Of a stretch of 64,000 nucleotides of DNA, positions 38,781 through 54,971 are shown piece by piece; position 1 is the stretch's first letter, and each line of letters opens with the position of its first letter. Both the position numbers and the translations under genes were made by a program. Under the pieces are notes generated by a model. The model was not told the origin of the DNA and ran no database searches. It was given only the letters and a program-made list of their open reading frames with translations. The stretch comes from Octopus vulgaris (lineage: Eukaryota). Location of the stretch: positions 66,030,001-66,094,000 of the forward strand of contig OX597832.1 in NCBI GenBank assembly GCA_951406725.2, read 5' to 3'.

Positions 38781-40623
38781 ATCTAGAGTTGCTTGAGCCA
38801 TGGAAATATCTTTGAAGTTATTTTTAATAGAGCTCTGTCCATGAATAACTTTCGGTCTTTATAGATGCTTCCTTGCATACACACACACGCCACACGCACA
38901 CACACACATGCACATACACACACACATACAGAGATAGATAAATAGGTAGATAGATTCATACACACACACATATATATATATATATGTATATGTATATACA
39001 TACATCACATACATTAACACACTGCATAAATAGTAATCTTGAGAAATTAGACTTCTTAAAGCCAGAAAAAATTAAAGAAAGTTAATTCGAAGACAACAGA
39101 TCCAATCCATCACTGAAACTGTAAAAATATGTAAAACTTTCCAGACGTTTATCATTTACATATTACATGAACATGTCTAGAAATGCAACTATATGCATGA
39201 GACTACATACATAAAGTAAAACATACAAATATGCTATGCTTTCGACAGCAGCGACAATGTTCTCTCACAAAGTATAGTTCGATCGGAGGCTGTAGTAGAA
39301 TAATAGATTTGCCTTCCCTAAGGTGACACGTTGAGAAATTGAACCGAAAAGCAAGTGGCTACGATACGATCTTCTTAATCATCACACAGTTCGAGCGTTA
39401 ACAATTTTCGAAAATATCAATAGTAACTCCTCGGCACGCATGAACATAGATTGGTTTATGAACTTGTGGATTTTGTATTTTCTGACGATCTAATTGGTGG
39501 GAATATCAGATCACAGGTATTAAGACCAGCTATGAAGCGACCTAATGTCTTTGGAGATGTTATACCACTGAGGATGACGCTCCAACAAATTTCTTAGCTT
39601 TCACAAACAGGGATATAAACCCGATATTTGCCAAGTCATTGTTATTGCAGCTACTCTTAATAAAAGGAAATGGGTCGGTATTTGAAATCCTGAAATTCAA
39701 TATCCATTATATTTTAAAGACATAGGGAAATACCGAAATGTGTGCACGTGTTTCTCAACTGCACGTTTAAACGCATACAACAAACTGAGGCTGATATAAA
39801 ACGCTCACCTACACATTCGCAAGAACATGCAAGTATATACACACACACACACACTCACACACACACATATATATATATACACATATATAAGTGTGTGTGT
39901 GTTTGTATACACTATATTGTATATATACATACAATACACATACAAGCATACACATACGCACACACAAGCTTAGTTTTAGCTTTGAAACAGAGTCGAAGGG
40001 GAATGTAACAGATTGCGGCAATCCAGATATGGCTACTTATTTCCTTAATCAAAGAGGACTGAACGGCAATGCGAATTCCAATGAGATTTGAAAACTAAGC
40101 TTACGTTAACTTAGCTAAATCCTCCAATTCGTTTTAGTCCATTAATCGTCCATTATTACTATTCCATCACCTTTAATATGCGCTGCTGACAAGAAAGTTA
40201 ATTTAACATTGCTCTAGGTGATTATCATATCGTCTCGGTGTCATAAGACCCACAATGATCTCACTCATTAAACGGGTGAGTTCTCACGTAATCACAACGT
40301 AATTAATTTGCCGTCCGGGGTTATGATCAACTTAAGCTACCTGAGTATACATCTGGTGCCAAGTTTATCGACCCCAAATGACAAACTGGCTACAGATACC
40401 AATTGAATTAATAGATACCTACCACATTCTGTTTCTACTGGTCAACAACTAGCCTGCCTTTAGTACTCAATTATGACAGGAAAAACTGCGAAACCTTCTC
40501 GAAATCATCACTTTTTAATTTAATAAAGGACAGGTTGATATAATGAAGAGTATACAATTAGAAAATTCCTATTTTAAAAATCTCACAATGTGAGATATTC
40601 AGCAAGAAGTTTTTGTAGTAAAT

Positions 40624-40805
40624 ATTGTTTGCCAACGTAACATGGCAGTCCTGGTCTAGGACGAGTGGGGGTGCTAAATTCCTTTGTTCGAAAATATAAG
40701 AACACAGCTCGTGCTGTATAGCCAGGTAGAGACGATGTCTCCTGAGGCTAAAATACAGCAACATTCGTCCTGAACCAGGACTGCCATGTTATTTTGGGAA
40801 ACAAT
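40624..40805. mobile_element. Fold-back MITE-like element
   Basis: Arms 40624-40667 / 40762-40805 include a perfect 17-bp pair taacatggcagtcctgg / ccaggactgccatgtta; weaker pairing extends to about 40586/40827. Confidence 0.75.
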
Positions 40806-41546
40806 CTGTACAATGTCTCATAATTGTTCACAATAAACAATTCGGAACAAATTCGACCGTCAGAACTGAAATAGATCTAAACAATAGCAAAAAACAAGAG
40901 CGTGCAAAACGACAATACTCTATCTAGTACGTCATACTTCCATAGGTATTTACATTTGGTAATCTCTCAAGGTCACACTTTAAGAGATAGAATCAAAATA
41001 ACTAGCTTTTCGACATTTATGCACGTCTTCGATTTGAACACTGAAATTAAATATACGATTCATAATTCCATATCTTCACATAATATTTTTTCCTGTCATT
41101 ACATAACACTCCTTAGATTAATTACAAAAATTATATTAACGTCACATTTCAACACAATGATCACTTTCTAACAAATAAAGTAATCAGATTTATTTATTTA
41201 TGCAACGAAAACACAATAAACAATATTTGTTGATATGTTAACGTTTGCATATTCGTGGAAAGATCTGTGAGCAGACTACAATTATTGAGAAAATATTTAG
41301 ATATATTGCAAAACCTAAATGGCAAATTCTTTTATGGTTTTATATTTTGACATTAAACATATGTAGATATTGTTATCAAATCAAAATTTAAAATATTCAC
41401 ATGTAACGACGTCAGAAGGATTATTAAAAGATTTCCATGATATCTTCAATAATACTTCCTAATCCATTATAACTGCGATAACAATGATTATAATGGAATA
41501 CATAAATACATACAGAATATGTATGCTGTATATTTGTATACACACT

Positions 41547-41637
<91 letters not shown>

Positions 41638-42134
41638 GCATGTATTGTTATGTATACGCATATTTGTGTAGTTTTATACATGCAGTAATATTTGAACAAT
41701 GGTTACCCACAAATATATGTGTCACTACCTCCATTTTCAAAAGCCATCTGCTGATTAAGAGAGGGAAGCTATGATCAACAAAGTTTCCTTCATTTCACGG
41801 CAGATATCAACTCTGAGTAATGAAATGCACCTTTACTCCACGATAGGGCAAATATACAAAAGCTCAAGGGCGGGTTTATCTGGTTTCTCATCTTATTATG
41901 GATATATCAAATGCTCTTCAAACTGAAAACATGACCGAAGAATAGAAAGCAATTTCGAATTTTGTAATGAGTTCTTGTAAACACAGTACTTGAGCATAAA
42001 TTTATAAATTTATGTCAACACCACTCTCAATTAGGTAAATATTTCTTTTGTTTTTGTTTGTTTGTAGCATCAATAACATGAGTAATTCAACTTCCACCTC
42101 GTAGCCTTTCTTGTTTTAATATTTTAGACACACA

Positions 42135-42356
42135 AAGGTGGCAAGGTAGCAGAATCGTAAGTTTGCCGGGCGAAATGCTTAGCAGTATTTCGTCTGTCTT
42201 TACGTTCTGAGTTCAAATTCCACCGAGGTCGACTTTAGCTAACACTCTACAAGGATCGATAAAATAAGTTTCACTTGAAAACTTGCATCGATGTATTCAA
42301 CTTATTCCGTCCATCGTAATTGCTGACCTTGTGCCAGAATTTGAAACCAGTATTTA
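42135..42356 (+). mobile_element. SINE (family 2)
   Basis: gcagaatcg...gccgggcgaaatgcttagcagtatttcgtctg...gagttcaaattccaccgaggtcgacttt. Confidence 0.85.
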
Positions 42357-42884
42357 ATCACAAAATAAAGCTTTGAAATGAATCTGCATTCTGCAGCGAA
42401 CTATACGTTCTTTTCTAAATATCATTGGAGATTTCATTGAATTCTGCCTCTTTATGAAGTTAATGCATCTATTCTAATCACCTTCAGATGAAATGCAAAA
42501 TAGCTCTTGTTAGAAACAGATATTGTTACTATCGTCAGCTAGTCATTTTGTGAACAAATTTTTATCTTTTTAAGTGAATAATCATTATTTCGACAATTTC
42601 AAACACTAAAAAACAAGAGGGAGCAAAAGATTTCTTAATAGACCGGAGTTCTGGAACGAAACATTCTGATTTCTGATATGCAATATGCATTAGGAGTAAA
42701 AATTACTTCGTAAAATGAGTACTCGAGAAATAAAGCAAAAAATAACAATGGCACCCAATCCCAGCATAGGTGCCCGTTCAGGCAGAAATTTGAAAAGTAT
42801 ACGCGCACACACATATATACACACACACATGTATATGAAAGAACAAATATATATTCATATAAATATATGTATATATATCTATGA

Positions 42885-42918
<34 letters not shown>

Positions 42919-43539
42919 CTGTGTGTGTGTGTGTGTGTATGTGTGGTGTGTGTGTGGTGTGTGTATGGTGTGTGTGTGTGTGTTTATATATAAATATATG
43001 CATCGGTTTTATATCTAAGAGATGAGAAATTATGTACATTATTTACATTACTTACATTTGACGGATATTTGTCCTCATCAAGTTTGCTGTTAGTAGTGTT
43101 AGTGGTAGTGGTGTTAGTATTATTAGTATTGTGACTATTAGCAGTAGCATTATTGGTAAGAGTGTTGATAATAGTATTATTTTTGGTAATGGTAATATCG
43201 CCAGTCGCGGTAGTGTTATTATTAGTGCTAGTATTATTAATAATTGTACTAGCGGTATTAGTGGTTTTAGCGGTTATAATAGAGTAAGTATTCTTAGTAT
43301 CATTGTTCCTATTAGCATTAGCGTTTGTTTCAACTGTGCACCTATCTCCCTCCGAGGCGGGGATTATATTATCTAAGTTTAAACTATTTGAAATGTTAGG
43401 GTCAGGGGTGTTGGATATCTTATTGTGAATGGTGTTAGTGTTTTCGTCTGTAAAGTTACTGCGGTCAATGCTGCGTGGCGTTCGATTATAAATAAATAAA
43501 TTTAAAAAACTTATTCTATTCTACTATTTTCTTCTCTTC

Positions 43540-43870
43540 TAATAATTCAGTTTCCTTGAAGGAATTTCTCCCAACCGTTACCCATTACAATTCGTCTTGG
43601 CTTAACGGCCCTTAATGTTTGTTTTCGTGTATTGTTTATTCTGTACGTCCACTCTGTCATTGCCTTTTCGTTCGGAGCTCTAACTTTCCATGAATTTTAT
43701 ATTTCTAAAATTTCTGGGTGTTGCTGTCCAATGAAGTTTCCCTATAACTGTCTTTAAAAGCACAAAATAGGAGTAATAAACAGTCGGCAACTTCTGGTGT
43801 TTTGTCCTATTTTTTGTCTCGTGTCTTTACCTATTTTTCACACGTTGATGATATCCTGTACACAATCTGT
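43540..43870 (-). mobile_element. Highly degraded GIY-YIG (PLE-like) remnant
   Basis: Minus strand IVYRISSTCEK*VKTR.. resembles VVY.I.C.C.K.Y.GET; many disruptions. Confidence 0.35.
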
Positions 43871-43908
43871 ATATTTCATTTTATTTATATATAAATATAT
43901 ATATGTAT

Positions 43909-43956
<48 letters not shown>

Positions 43957-43958
43957 GT

Positions 43959-44036
43959 GATCACGTGACCGACAAGACCATCAGAACCTACGACTGCGAG
44001 TCCGCTGCCCTAACCACTGGGCAATTGCGCCTCCAC
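43959..44036 (-). mobile_element. Internally deleted SINE (family 1 head fused directly to 3' tail)
   Basis: 43986-44036 matches the head at 14270-14320; 43959-43985 matches 21051-21076. Confidence 0.7.
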
Positions 44037-45584
44037 ATATATATATGTAGTAACGTTATATTCTGTTAAGAACTTAGTAGAGTACAGTATAACGCTCGAC
44101 CACCTTCAGATTTCACCCCGTACTGTCCAGTAGTAATATACGTACAAATTCTTGTTGAATCCTACTTATTCAATTCGATCTCTCTCTCTCTATTGGTGTG
44201 TGTGTGTGCCTGTCTGTCTATGTACGCTGGTGCATAGAATGCACAAGCGGGTTATGGTTCACTATAGCTGTTTCAGACGTGTTTTTTTAAATAATGAATA
44301 ACTTGATTACATACTGAAAATAGAAACGTTTCCTTGTGGTGTCATCTGTAAACACCATATCTGGAACTTTCCTTATGTAATATCTGGACCTTCATTGGAT
44401 CATGAAACAGCATGCCAGAGTGCAGGAGTATATAAATTAATGCATATGTATACGTAAATGTATGAATATTCCCGGATATGCAACCTGGTGTCCTCAATGT
44501 TAAAACACCTTTATTGAAATGAATCCTACAAATAATTATACACACACACACATACCTGGAAGCATAGATCATGGTGATAATGATTCTAAAACGCACAAGC
44601 ACACACACACACATACACACACATACACACACACACACACACAATTAGATTACGGATGAAAATGTAGATGGTAAATTTTCGCACAGGTTGAAGTAATTTT
44701 CTTCTGTCAGATTATACATACATAATATCCATACATATATAAATAAATACATAAATACACCCCACCCACTTATATATATATTCAAAGTTCCTTAATGATA
44801 TTATAATACAGTTATCACTGACCGAATATATTTTAAGTACAACGTAGTTATCTGTATGGTCGATTTGATCCGAATGTAACTATTTTCAAATTTTAATTTA
44901 TATAACCCATATTATTTTATATCTTCTACAATATTTATACATGTATTAGAATCACTTTTCAGTGTACTGTAATTTACAAGTGGGATAAGGACATGAAATA
45001 ATTCAATTTCAGGACGTTGATACAAGATATTAATGCATCACATACTATAATATAGTGTTCAGCTATACATATTGTTTGAATAATATTCTTTGGTTCTTCT
45101 ATTAATTTGTGAATTTTGTTATTCTTCTATTCGTTTATTTGTTTATCTGACGATTAACCTGTATAGCACTTGCAAAGACTCTCACTCAACAATGCAAATA
45201 TGTGTTCGGAGCAATGTATATGGACAGCAAACAAAAATTGATAATAAAATAAAACGAAAACGCATATACTTACAATCATACAAACGGACATACATAGATA
45301 CACACATCCTAATATCCCTGTGCTTGAATATACATGTGTATATGTGTGTGTTTCTACGTATGTTTGTATATACACACACACAAACACACACATACTCACA
45401 AACACAGACAAACTGACACACACACATACACACCCATGTGGATATATGTATGAACGCCTAGACATAAATAGAAATACACATATATCAACATGCACGGTCA
45501 AATATATACGTATATATCTATGTATGCGTGTACGTACGTACTTATGTATGTATCTATCTATTTATCTACACACACATACATCCC

Positions 45585-45663
<79 letters not shown>

Positions 45664-46609
45664 GTATATATATATATCTATATATATATATATGTATATA
45701 TATATGTATATATATAGAAACATAGTTGTATACATAACTAATTTAAGTAATTATGTATATAAAAAATATAGGCATACGCATATACTTACATATTCGTATA
45801 ATCACTGCTGTACATACATATTTGTGTACACAAGTACATCTAAACATAGGATTATTTGCACACACATACTACAATGCTTGCACACCCATTCACACATTTA
45901 CATGCACGTATATATATATATATATGTCCAAATTTATACACATATACATATATAGATACATGTATAGATGCATAAATACATTAATTCATGAGTGAGTGCT
46001 TATATTCCGTATCTCTTCTACCCACACTTACACAGAGCCGTGTGCAAAGAAATCTATAAATGGCCGAAAAATGTCATTATTCACCAAGCAGTCTTGATCG
46101 CTGGACCGTTTGTCATTTAGGTCGAAACCAAAAAGCGAGAATTTCGTTGGTAAATCAAGTGTGCAAGCTGTAAAGCTATTTAAAGTAGATATCCGGTTGA
46201 GAGCAATGCTGCCACCATTGCGATAACCTTCCTTTCTAATCTGTTACTTAGGAAAACCTGGCCAGAAAACGATAGACTGCGGTGGTAGGAAAGTCAAGAG
46301 AAGGTTTCTTAACATGCAGACGGGAGAGGCTGGAGAACGAAAAGCGTTGTTCGTCTCTAATGCGCCAATGTATATAGACACAGACACATATTTCTCCATA
46401 GCAACACACAAAGAAAGATTAAAAGCCTTTTTTTTTTTCTTATGTGCACACGCACACACACATACACACACACAAGCACACTCAAGCACGCACAAATATA
46501 AAAATACACACACAGACACGCGCACGCACAGGGACAGACACATGGGCGCACAAACACAATAACACACACACAGACATATATTCACACGTATATGTGTATA
46601 CATATCCAC

Positions 46610-46673
<64 letters not shown>

Positions 46674-48619
46674 GTATGTATACACACACATATATATACT
46701 CAAACAAACACATATAGAGATGTAGATATATACATATATAAGTTTATATATATGTAGTGTATGTTTGTGTGTTTGTGTGTGTGTGTAAGCGTGCACTTGT
46801 GTGTGTATGTATGCGGAGAGCTTCGTATTAATGTGTATTTATGACCGCTATTATATTTTATTTCCTATGCACTTCATTAGCGGCTAAAGCAGCGACTTAC
46901 AAGTGCGAACATTAGAAGGCAAACACATAATACACTTATACATAGAAATGCAAGTACTGGGGTTTCCGTGTCTGTGTTTGTGTGTGTCTATGCGCGAGCG
47001 CGCGTGTGTGTATAAATTTACACAACGGGAGGTGCATATAAACAGGTGGCAAGTGACACACGTTTAAACACACGTATTAACATCACCTACATACATCTAG
47101 ATAGACGTCTCCGCAAATAGAATGTAAGAAAATAATACAGTGCTAATCTAAAGTCACAGAAACTAACTGAAACGTGCACGGGAATGCCAACTTGTTCCAT
47201 TAACCTTTTACTCTGTGCATAGAAGAGAAACAATAGTCGAAAGCTCTCTATGAATCAACAAACATTATATAACCAATGCTATCAATACCGAACTTTATTG
47301 TTTTCTTTTTCTGTTCTGTATTCTTAAAATATGGCTTTTCCATATTGCTATTACCATACCATATATTTTAGATGTGCGTTGTTTTAATAAGTCACTTCCT
47401 AACAAAGATATGAATATCTCGACTGATGGCAGAATACTAAAAGAAATTAACGATTATGAATTAAACTTCCGGCGTGTTTATGAATAAAACAAAATAATAC
47501 GGAATATGTATGCATGTATATATGTACACACACACACGCGCGCGCACACACACATACACAAATACACATACACACATCAAGTGTTATAAAAATACGGAAT
47601 TATCGCTCTGGGCAAAATACTTCTGAAGCTCTCTCTTTTAATAGTAATACTCCAGGCTAATCAAAGGTTTTCAGATTGATACAGAACTTCAGTTACTTCT
47701 AAGTCAAGATCCGAAGTTGAAGTACATCATCATCCGATTTTGTAAATCCGTTGTTGCATTTCCCAGTAATTATGTTTTTCACACAGTAATATACAGTAAA
47801 AGGCACCAATAATGCATATGAGAATTGATGAAATTCTACGATGCACAAATAGATAAATAAATACGTAAAGCTCTCTCCTTGTATATATGTATAGAAATAA
47901 GTGTGCATGAGTGTGTGTGTCTGTGCGTATGTGTGTGTCTGTATGTGTGATTCAGTGTATATATATATATATATATACACACGAAAGGGGAATCTCTGAT
48001 TGTGTCTGGATATCATGTAACTTTAAGCAAGACAGGATCGAGCAGATCGATGACCAGGTATCAAGCAGTTATGGAACACCTTGTTTTCTTAATTTTTGGA
48101 GGGATCTGCTTATCATTTCGTATAATGGAAAAACCTTGGATGTTTTGAAACCTCAGTCGAGGCAATGTGATACCGGGTTGTACATACTTTCCTCCCAAAA
48201 AATGCTATAATCTGTTCGATACCCAGCTAATAACAGAAAAAAATTTTAAATGGTCAAGTATCACTACATATTTGAATCGATATATATATATACACACACA
48301 CACATATATACATACATACACACACACGCAAACACACACACACACACACGTACACATATATATATTTAAATAAGAGATAATGGTGTTATTGAGACACAAA
48401 TGTGTCAGGTAATGCTGAATAAGTGCTATAGACAGATCTTAGTAATATGATCCAGATTTGGTAATATTGCGAATAAAGTATTCAACTTTCGTTCTATGTC
48501 AGCGTGTGTATGTAAGAATTTTTTCTGTAATAAGTTAAAAAACCCAGGGCTGTGTAGTAAGATAAAGGCTCTAATATCTACACACACTTGGTTTTTTTAT
48601 CTTATTACGCAAAAAAATT

Positions 48620-48671
<52 letters not shown>

Positions 48672-48674
<3 letters not shown>

Positions 48675-48800
48675 ACAGATTCCAAACAGAGAACAAGAGA
48701 AACGGGGCATGACAATGAGACATTCTCAGTGAACAGTAGGCGTGGAAATGACGTCTCGAACAAGGCTCTTCATCTTCAAAAGGAAAAAGGACTTCTTTAA
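48672..48800 (-). mobile_element. (TA)n-anchored short repeat with decayed HHR-like motif
   Basis: Minus strand aaGAUGA-A-gagc[cuu]guuc-GAGA-cg-UC at 48745-48780; same layout as 3408-3447 with core mutations. Confidence 0.4.
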
Positions 48801-49342
48801 AGAACAACATACACGCGCACACACACACTATGTATATATTAATATAATTTATATAATATATATTTATATCTATGTCTCTCTCTCTCTCTTTCTATATATA
48901 TATGTATATTACAATACGTATGATATAAAATGTGCCTATAATATATGATATAAGATACATATATAATTCGTATATAATGTACAATGGTATAATACATATA
49001 AATATATATGGTCGTGTGTGTGTTGTGTGCGCATGTGCATTATGTGTGTATGTGTGTTTTAGTTTGTCGTCATCTTCGTACCTCGAGAAACACATAAACT
49101 ATATATATAGACACATCGAGAATATTTCTTGCAGATGCAATGCGAATGAAACAACTTTGGAGTTTTATAATAGCGTCAATGAAAAAGTAAAAAATACAAA
49201 AAACAAAATCTGATAAATATCAAACGAGTAAAACCAGACACATTACCCTGAAGGAACTCGAAACATGGACAGTGACACATAGTCAAATACGCACACATAC
49301 ACCTACACACACGCATAGGTGGTGCAGACTCTCATTTTATCT

Positions 49343-49392
<50 letters not shown>

Positions 49393-49422
49393 GTGTGTGT
49401 GTGTGTGTATCTATATATGCAT

Positions 49423-49458
<36 letters not shown>

Positions 49459-50211
49459 CATTGTGTGTATTGTGTAATTACGGGTACGCATGAGTTTGTG
49501 TCAGGGTGCATGTAGATATCTGTATACGAGTGTTTGTGCGCATGCGTACTTTTGTACCTATATACTAGCATATATGTGTGCGTGAGAACATGCTATATCG
49601 CTTTTGAAATATAGCGAGAGGAATACGTTAAAGGAAATATGAGAATTCTAATATTGGCACATATTTTACGTTACACACTTTGAAAGTTCAGCTTCATACG
49701 ATGTCGCAATGATATCTTTCAAAGTATTGCATCAATGGAAGCCCTATGGTATACTAATAACTTCGTCATTAGAATACCAATGAAATGTAATGCTTCTTGT
49801 GTTTTGATGTTAGCGTCTTACCCAACGGTTTCTTCAAGTAGATAATGTGTAGAAAGTTCACTGAAACTACGTCGTTACACCGTCCTATATAACATGAATA
49901 TGCCCAATCGCATGTACATAGTTTTAGAATATTTATTGTATATCTATATATGTTCGTGAAAATATTATATAAAATAATATAGTATATAGTAATATAACAT
50001 AATAAATTTTAACACAATATGATATAATATGATACAATATTATATATACATATGTGTGTGCGTGTGTATGTTTGTATATGTAAGTATATATATATATATG
50101 TGTATATACATACATATATACATACATACATACACCAGGTGTATAATTGTAGTTTTTGCATCAAGAAGGACGGATATATTAGTCTTCTTGCTTTCGTTTC
50201 TTTCTTTATGT

Positions 50212-50282
<71 letters not shown>

Positions 50283-52452
50283 CATTACGCTTCGCGTTCT
50301 TTCTCCTTTCAATGTTCTTTTTTCCTACAATATATATATAATACATGTAAAGAGCCTGAAAGATTGCGTGTAGATACATGGTGTATTTCATAAATATGTC
50401 TAGTTAAAGTATCATAAAAACCTGAAAGTGTTAGTAGCTCTGTCGTTTGTGTATTAAATTGCTATGTAAATGTATGCATGTTTGTTATGTATGTATGTTA
50501 GTATGTATATGTATACATTTAGGGTCTAAGAGTAAGTCATCTGTTTGCAGGCCATTACAAACTTTTATCCTGAGCTCGACAATTCTGTTATATATACGAT
50601 TGAAACAAATCTGCAATTGTCATTCGGATTTGGAAGCAATCTTATGTAAGCGATCATTTCCGTATCTTGCCTGGAAGCGAGGATAATTGTGATGAACCAA
50701 GAATTTTAACATGTATGCTATTTAAATACCAACTTTAGGACTTTGTCTTGAAATTTATGCGATCTTGCCTGTTCCTTTTGCTTAATTTCATTTCATTCGT
50801 ACATGTAAGCATTCAAGAGATTGTGAAACATTTCTGTCTGTCTTTCAAACGCTGGATCTCGAAGCACATAAATGATAGATAGAAAAATTCGACAGCTCTC
50901 AATGGCAGAACAATTGTCACGTCTACAGGAGATGTGGGTTCGTGTCTCACGGGCGTACTTTGAATCTATTTATCCAAAAGTAGTTTTCCCCTCCAATATT
51001 TACATACTATAGTTTATTGATCCATGTAATTTGAAACCCCTGTTCTAAAAGTAAAATGTGTTATATATATATTTATATATTTGTATGTGTGTGTGTGTAG
51101 GAGTAAATATGTACATGTATGTACATGTGTTTGCGTATGTGTACGTATATCTACTTGTTTCTGCGTATATACAGGCGTATGTGAACATTCTATGTGATTT
51201 ATAACCCTTTTAATTTAACATGAAATACGTATTTGAAACCTACGATATTGCAATTTCAAAATGAAGTTGTCCGCACATTTCTTAATCAAGATGTGATAAA
51301 TGACCTACTTTTTAAGGATTAGCATTAAAACGATATGCGCTAATTTGTAAGTGAATAGTACCTAATATCCTGGCCACAATTCGCTAGTTTTGGAGCAATA
51401 GAATTTTACAAAGTATGTGGTTTCTCGTTTTTGATGTTTCGGTTACTCGTTTCTGTGGGATATAAGGTGATTCTGATATTTCTGTTACGTTATGTCGCTT
51501 GCGTATTTCTCTCAGAAGGAACATATTTATAAATGCATCATATAACATAGGTGGGCGCATTACGTAATATTTTCTTAGAAGTCCTTAAACGCATGTCTAT
51601 CATATAAGTCAAATTTTGCAGACCAAAATTTACAACAGAGAATGGTAAGACGATTTAGGCTCCCAGTCGACGTTGGAGAATTAATATTTTCATGTGAAAT
51701 ACGGCAAAAATATAGTGAGAATGATCGAAAGTTTACGCATCTGAAGATACAAAGGAGAAAAAACTACTGATGTTCTTCATAGAGCATCTGCAAATTATTC
51801 TATGAAAGAACTGAAATCTTAAAACAAAGTAGAGGGCTGTGATAATATTCACACAAATTTCTGTAAAACTCGCCAAATTTTAGATATAAAGTTTACAATT
51901 TTATATCTATAGCTGAGATTTTGAACATATCCATTTTGACCATGCCATAAATAATATCACATCTAAAGAAAGATGACCCGATATTTGTAATTATCATGAA
52001 GTATCATAATTTTTTTTCCTGCAAGCAAAATTTAAATCATATTAATCCAGGGTTCAAACGCTTACTTCAAAAGTATACAATGTGGCTTTTGTTCTCTTAA
52101 ATCATATATAAACTAGACTTCAGACAATTCAACGACCCATTGAAAAAATAAGCACTGCAATGCGACCATAGAAAAATTGGTTTTCGAGTTACTAGAACAA
52201 ACTGCATATAGTCCACATCTCACTCCTTCCATCTTTCCTGTTTGACCATCCGAAAGCCGAATTCTCCGTTGACATTGAGGATCGTAAAATTGAGGATCGC
52301 TAAAAGAATTGTATCGAAAAGCAACGAAACTATGCCCAAAATGATGTAATTCTTCAATCCCTGCTTTTATCTACAAAATCAAGAATGTGATTCAATTTTT
52401 CTCAAAATTCAGAAGTATATCCGAGTATAGTTGAATTCACTGCATTTTCACA

Positions 52453-52532
<80 letters not shown>

Positions 52533-54971
52533 AACACACAAAACATACATACACACAGAGACACAAATATATATATATATACATACGTACATACATATAT
52601 TCGTGTATATATATATATACATATATATATACGTATGTATGTGTGTGTTTGTGTGTGTATTCTTATATACATATATGTAAGCAATTGGGGTCGGTGTGTA
52701 ACGATGGCCCTTGACGCAATGTGCCAGCATGCAAAATCAAATGTGCATCCTATTCACTCAAAACAATTGAAGTTATTTCTTATCTGCATCTTCTACATTC
52801 TTTTGGGAATATTATGGTCGCCACAAATCTTCCTCTCACATTATCTTTCCGCAATTATGCTGAAGATTATTTTTAGATTTGGAAAACATCACATCAGAAT
52901 GTATGGGGACATTTAACACTGTATTTAAGTTGATATACACGGGCTCGCCTTCTTGTAAATGCCCGTTCAAAACAATGCGTAAATAAACAGTTCATTAATA
53001 ACATTTTCAGCCATTATTACAGATGTAACCGGGAATATAGAGCGAAATTACTGGGCGTAGATATATTTAAGGGATATTGTATATCTGTATGATAATCTGG
53101 AGATATGTAAATATTACTTGCCTTCCCAATCCAGTTACATATTACAGTATACTACCAGACATACGTATATAAGCGTATTTCCCTAGTGAATTTTCTTTTC
53201 GCTTGTAATCAGATGATATGATATATTGAATCTAAGAGAATACCGTCTCGAACATCATGATAATTTGCGTTTCGGTACAGTGTATGACATACTTTCTTAT
53301 TATATTTTGTGGTTATCAGAACATAAATCTAAAATAGATTCGATTTTAAAATGTAATGTGTATCATGTAGCTTTCAAATAAAATTACAAATCAACTGACA
53401 AATCCAAATAATAAGGTACGAGGAACTCTGGAATTTAAATAAGAGGTTTGAATAATCTAAAAATATATTGGAAGTGTACCCAGGGGGAACAAGCTTTAGT
53501 AAATAATTTATTAATTTAACGACTAAAGTAAAAGGAAATAGTCTAAACGTTTCGATTTGCACCAAATCGTCCATGCCTTCTTACCCTTTTCATCCCTATT
53601 CTTCTTTCTCGTATTTATTCTCTTTTTCTTGCCCTTTTATTTTATTTCTGTTTCTTACTCCTCCATTGCTTTTCATATTATGAAAGACTAACGTCCGACA
53701 CTTTAACTCTCCATGTCTTCCTTCTTTTGATCTCTTAAATCATACAATACTTCATCAGATTTGATACTCCTGCTTTCTCCTTTTATTTTTGCTTTTCTTC
53801 ATAGCATACCCGATATATTTCAAAGGATTTAGCGGATCACCTATGTATATCTCAAATCTTATCGTACTGAAAATAATCACCCACGACACATTTTTCTCAT
53901 TCAACTTTCTTCCATTCTTCCCTTTGTTTTTTGTCTTCCTATTTAATGTTTCGATTAAAAGCATATTATATAAACCATATTATACTAAGTGTAATCGTTT
54001 CTGTTTTATGTTTATCGTAGTCAACTTTACCCTTTGGCATATTTATTTTTACTCCTTAAATAAAAACTATAATTAATTTGCTGTACATTACTGAAACTAA
54101 CTAGTATACCTCAACACATACTAAACACTAATCCTAACTTCCGGCATGCCTCTCAGTCTGCTGACTAAAAACCTTCTAACCAGTCATCATCGGCGATTTC
54201 CGTTGAAATACTTTTAATAATAATGGCATCTGTGGGAAAATATGGCTTTGCTAATACAGTTCCACTTTGTGATACATTTGACTAGTTTCTTCTACGATGC
54301 AACAATGGATTTCCATACCGACAGTTGTACATTTGATGGGAAAAGCTCAAAAGAAGTAAACGCAAGTTCACCCATCCATCTAAACTTGAGCAGAATCTTG
54401 TTTGTTGTAATTGTTTGTTTTTTTTCTTCGCAGAGCCTCCTCTCTTTTGTATTATCTGCTTCCCACTGGTGCTGGCGTACGATAACAGCTCCTAGTACAG
54501 AGTGTAAATTAAATAGGGACAGGAAGTTATCCCGCCCTAAAATCTATGCGAATGCAGACATTGGTGAATGGTGCTATCTTCGGACCCTGCGTATCCTTCC
54601 AAAATGGTCCAACACCTGGCAGCATAGATCATGGTTTTAAGGATTCTAAAACGCACGCACGCACACACTCAGACAGATACGCACGTACACATACACACAT
54701 GCACGAACAAATAGAACGCACAGACGCACAGGCGCAGAAACGCACACATATATGAATGGTTGTATGTATAAAATAAATTAATGCATTATTAAATTAATTG
54801 AAATAAGTGAAAATCCTTTTAAGATATTTGACATCTATTGTTGAGTAAGGTAAATAAGTAATTCATAAAAAAGAAAAATATCTGGCTGGATACGCCTAAC
54901 AAAATTTATTTAAAATCTTTATTGATTGAAAGTAATATATTTCTAAATCTCTCAGAGAGATTTATGCACGG

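Noticed and set aside
49234-49272. CUGAAGG-aacuc-GAAA-caug
   Set aside because: No stem II, A9 missing, no UH site.
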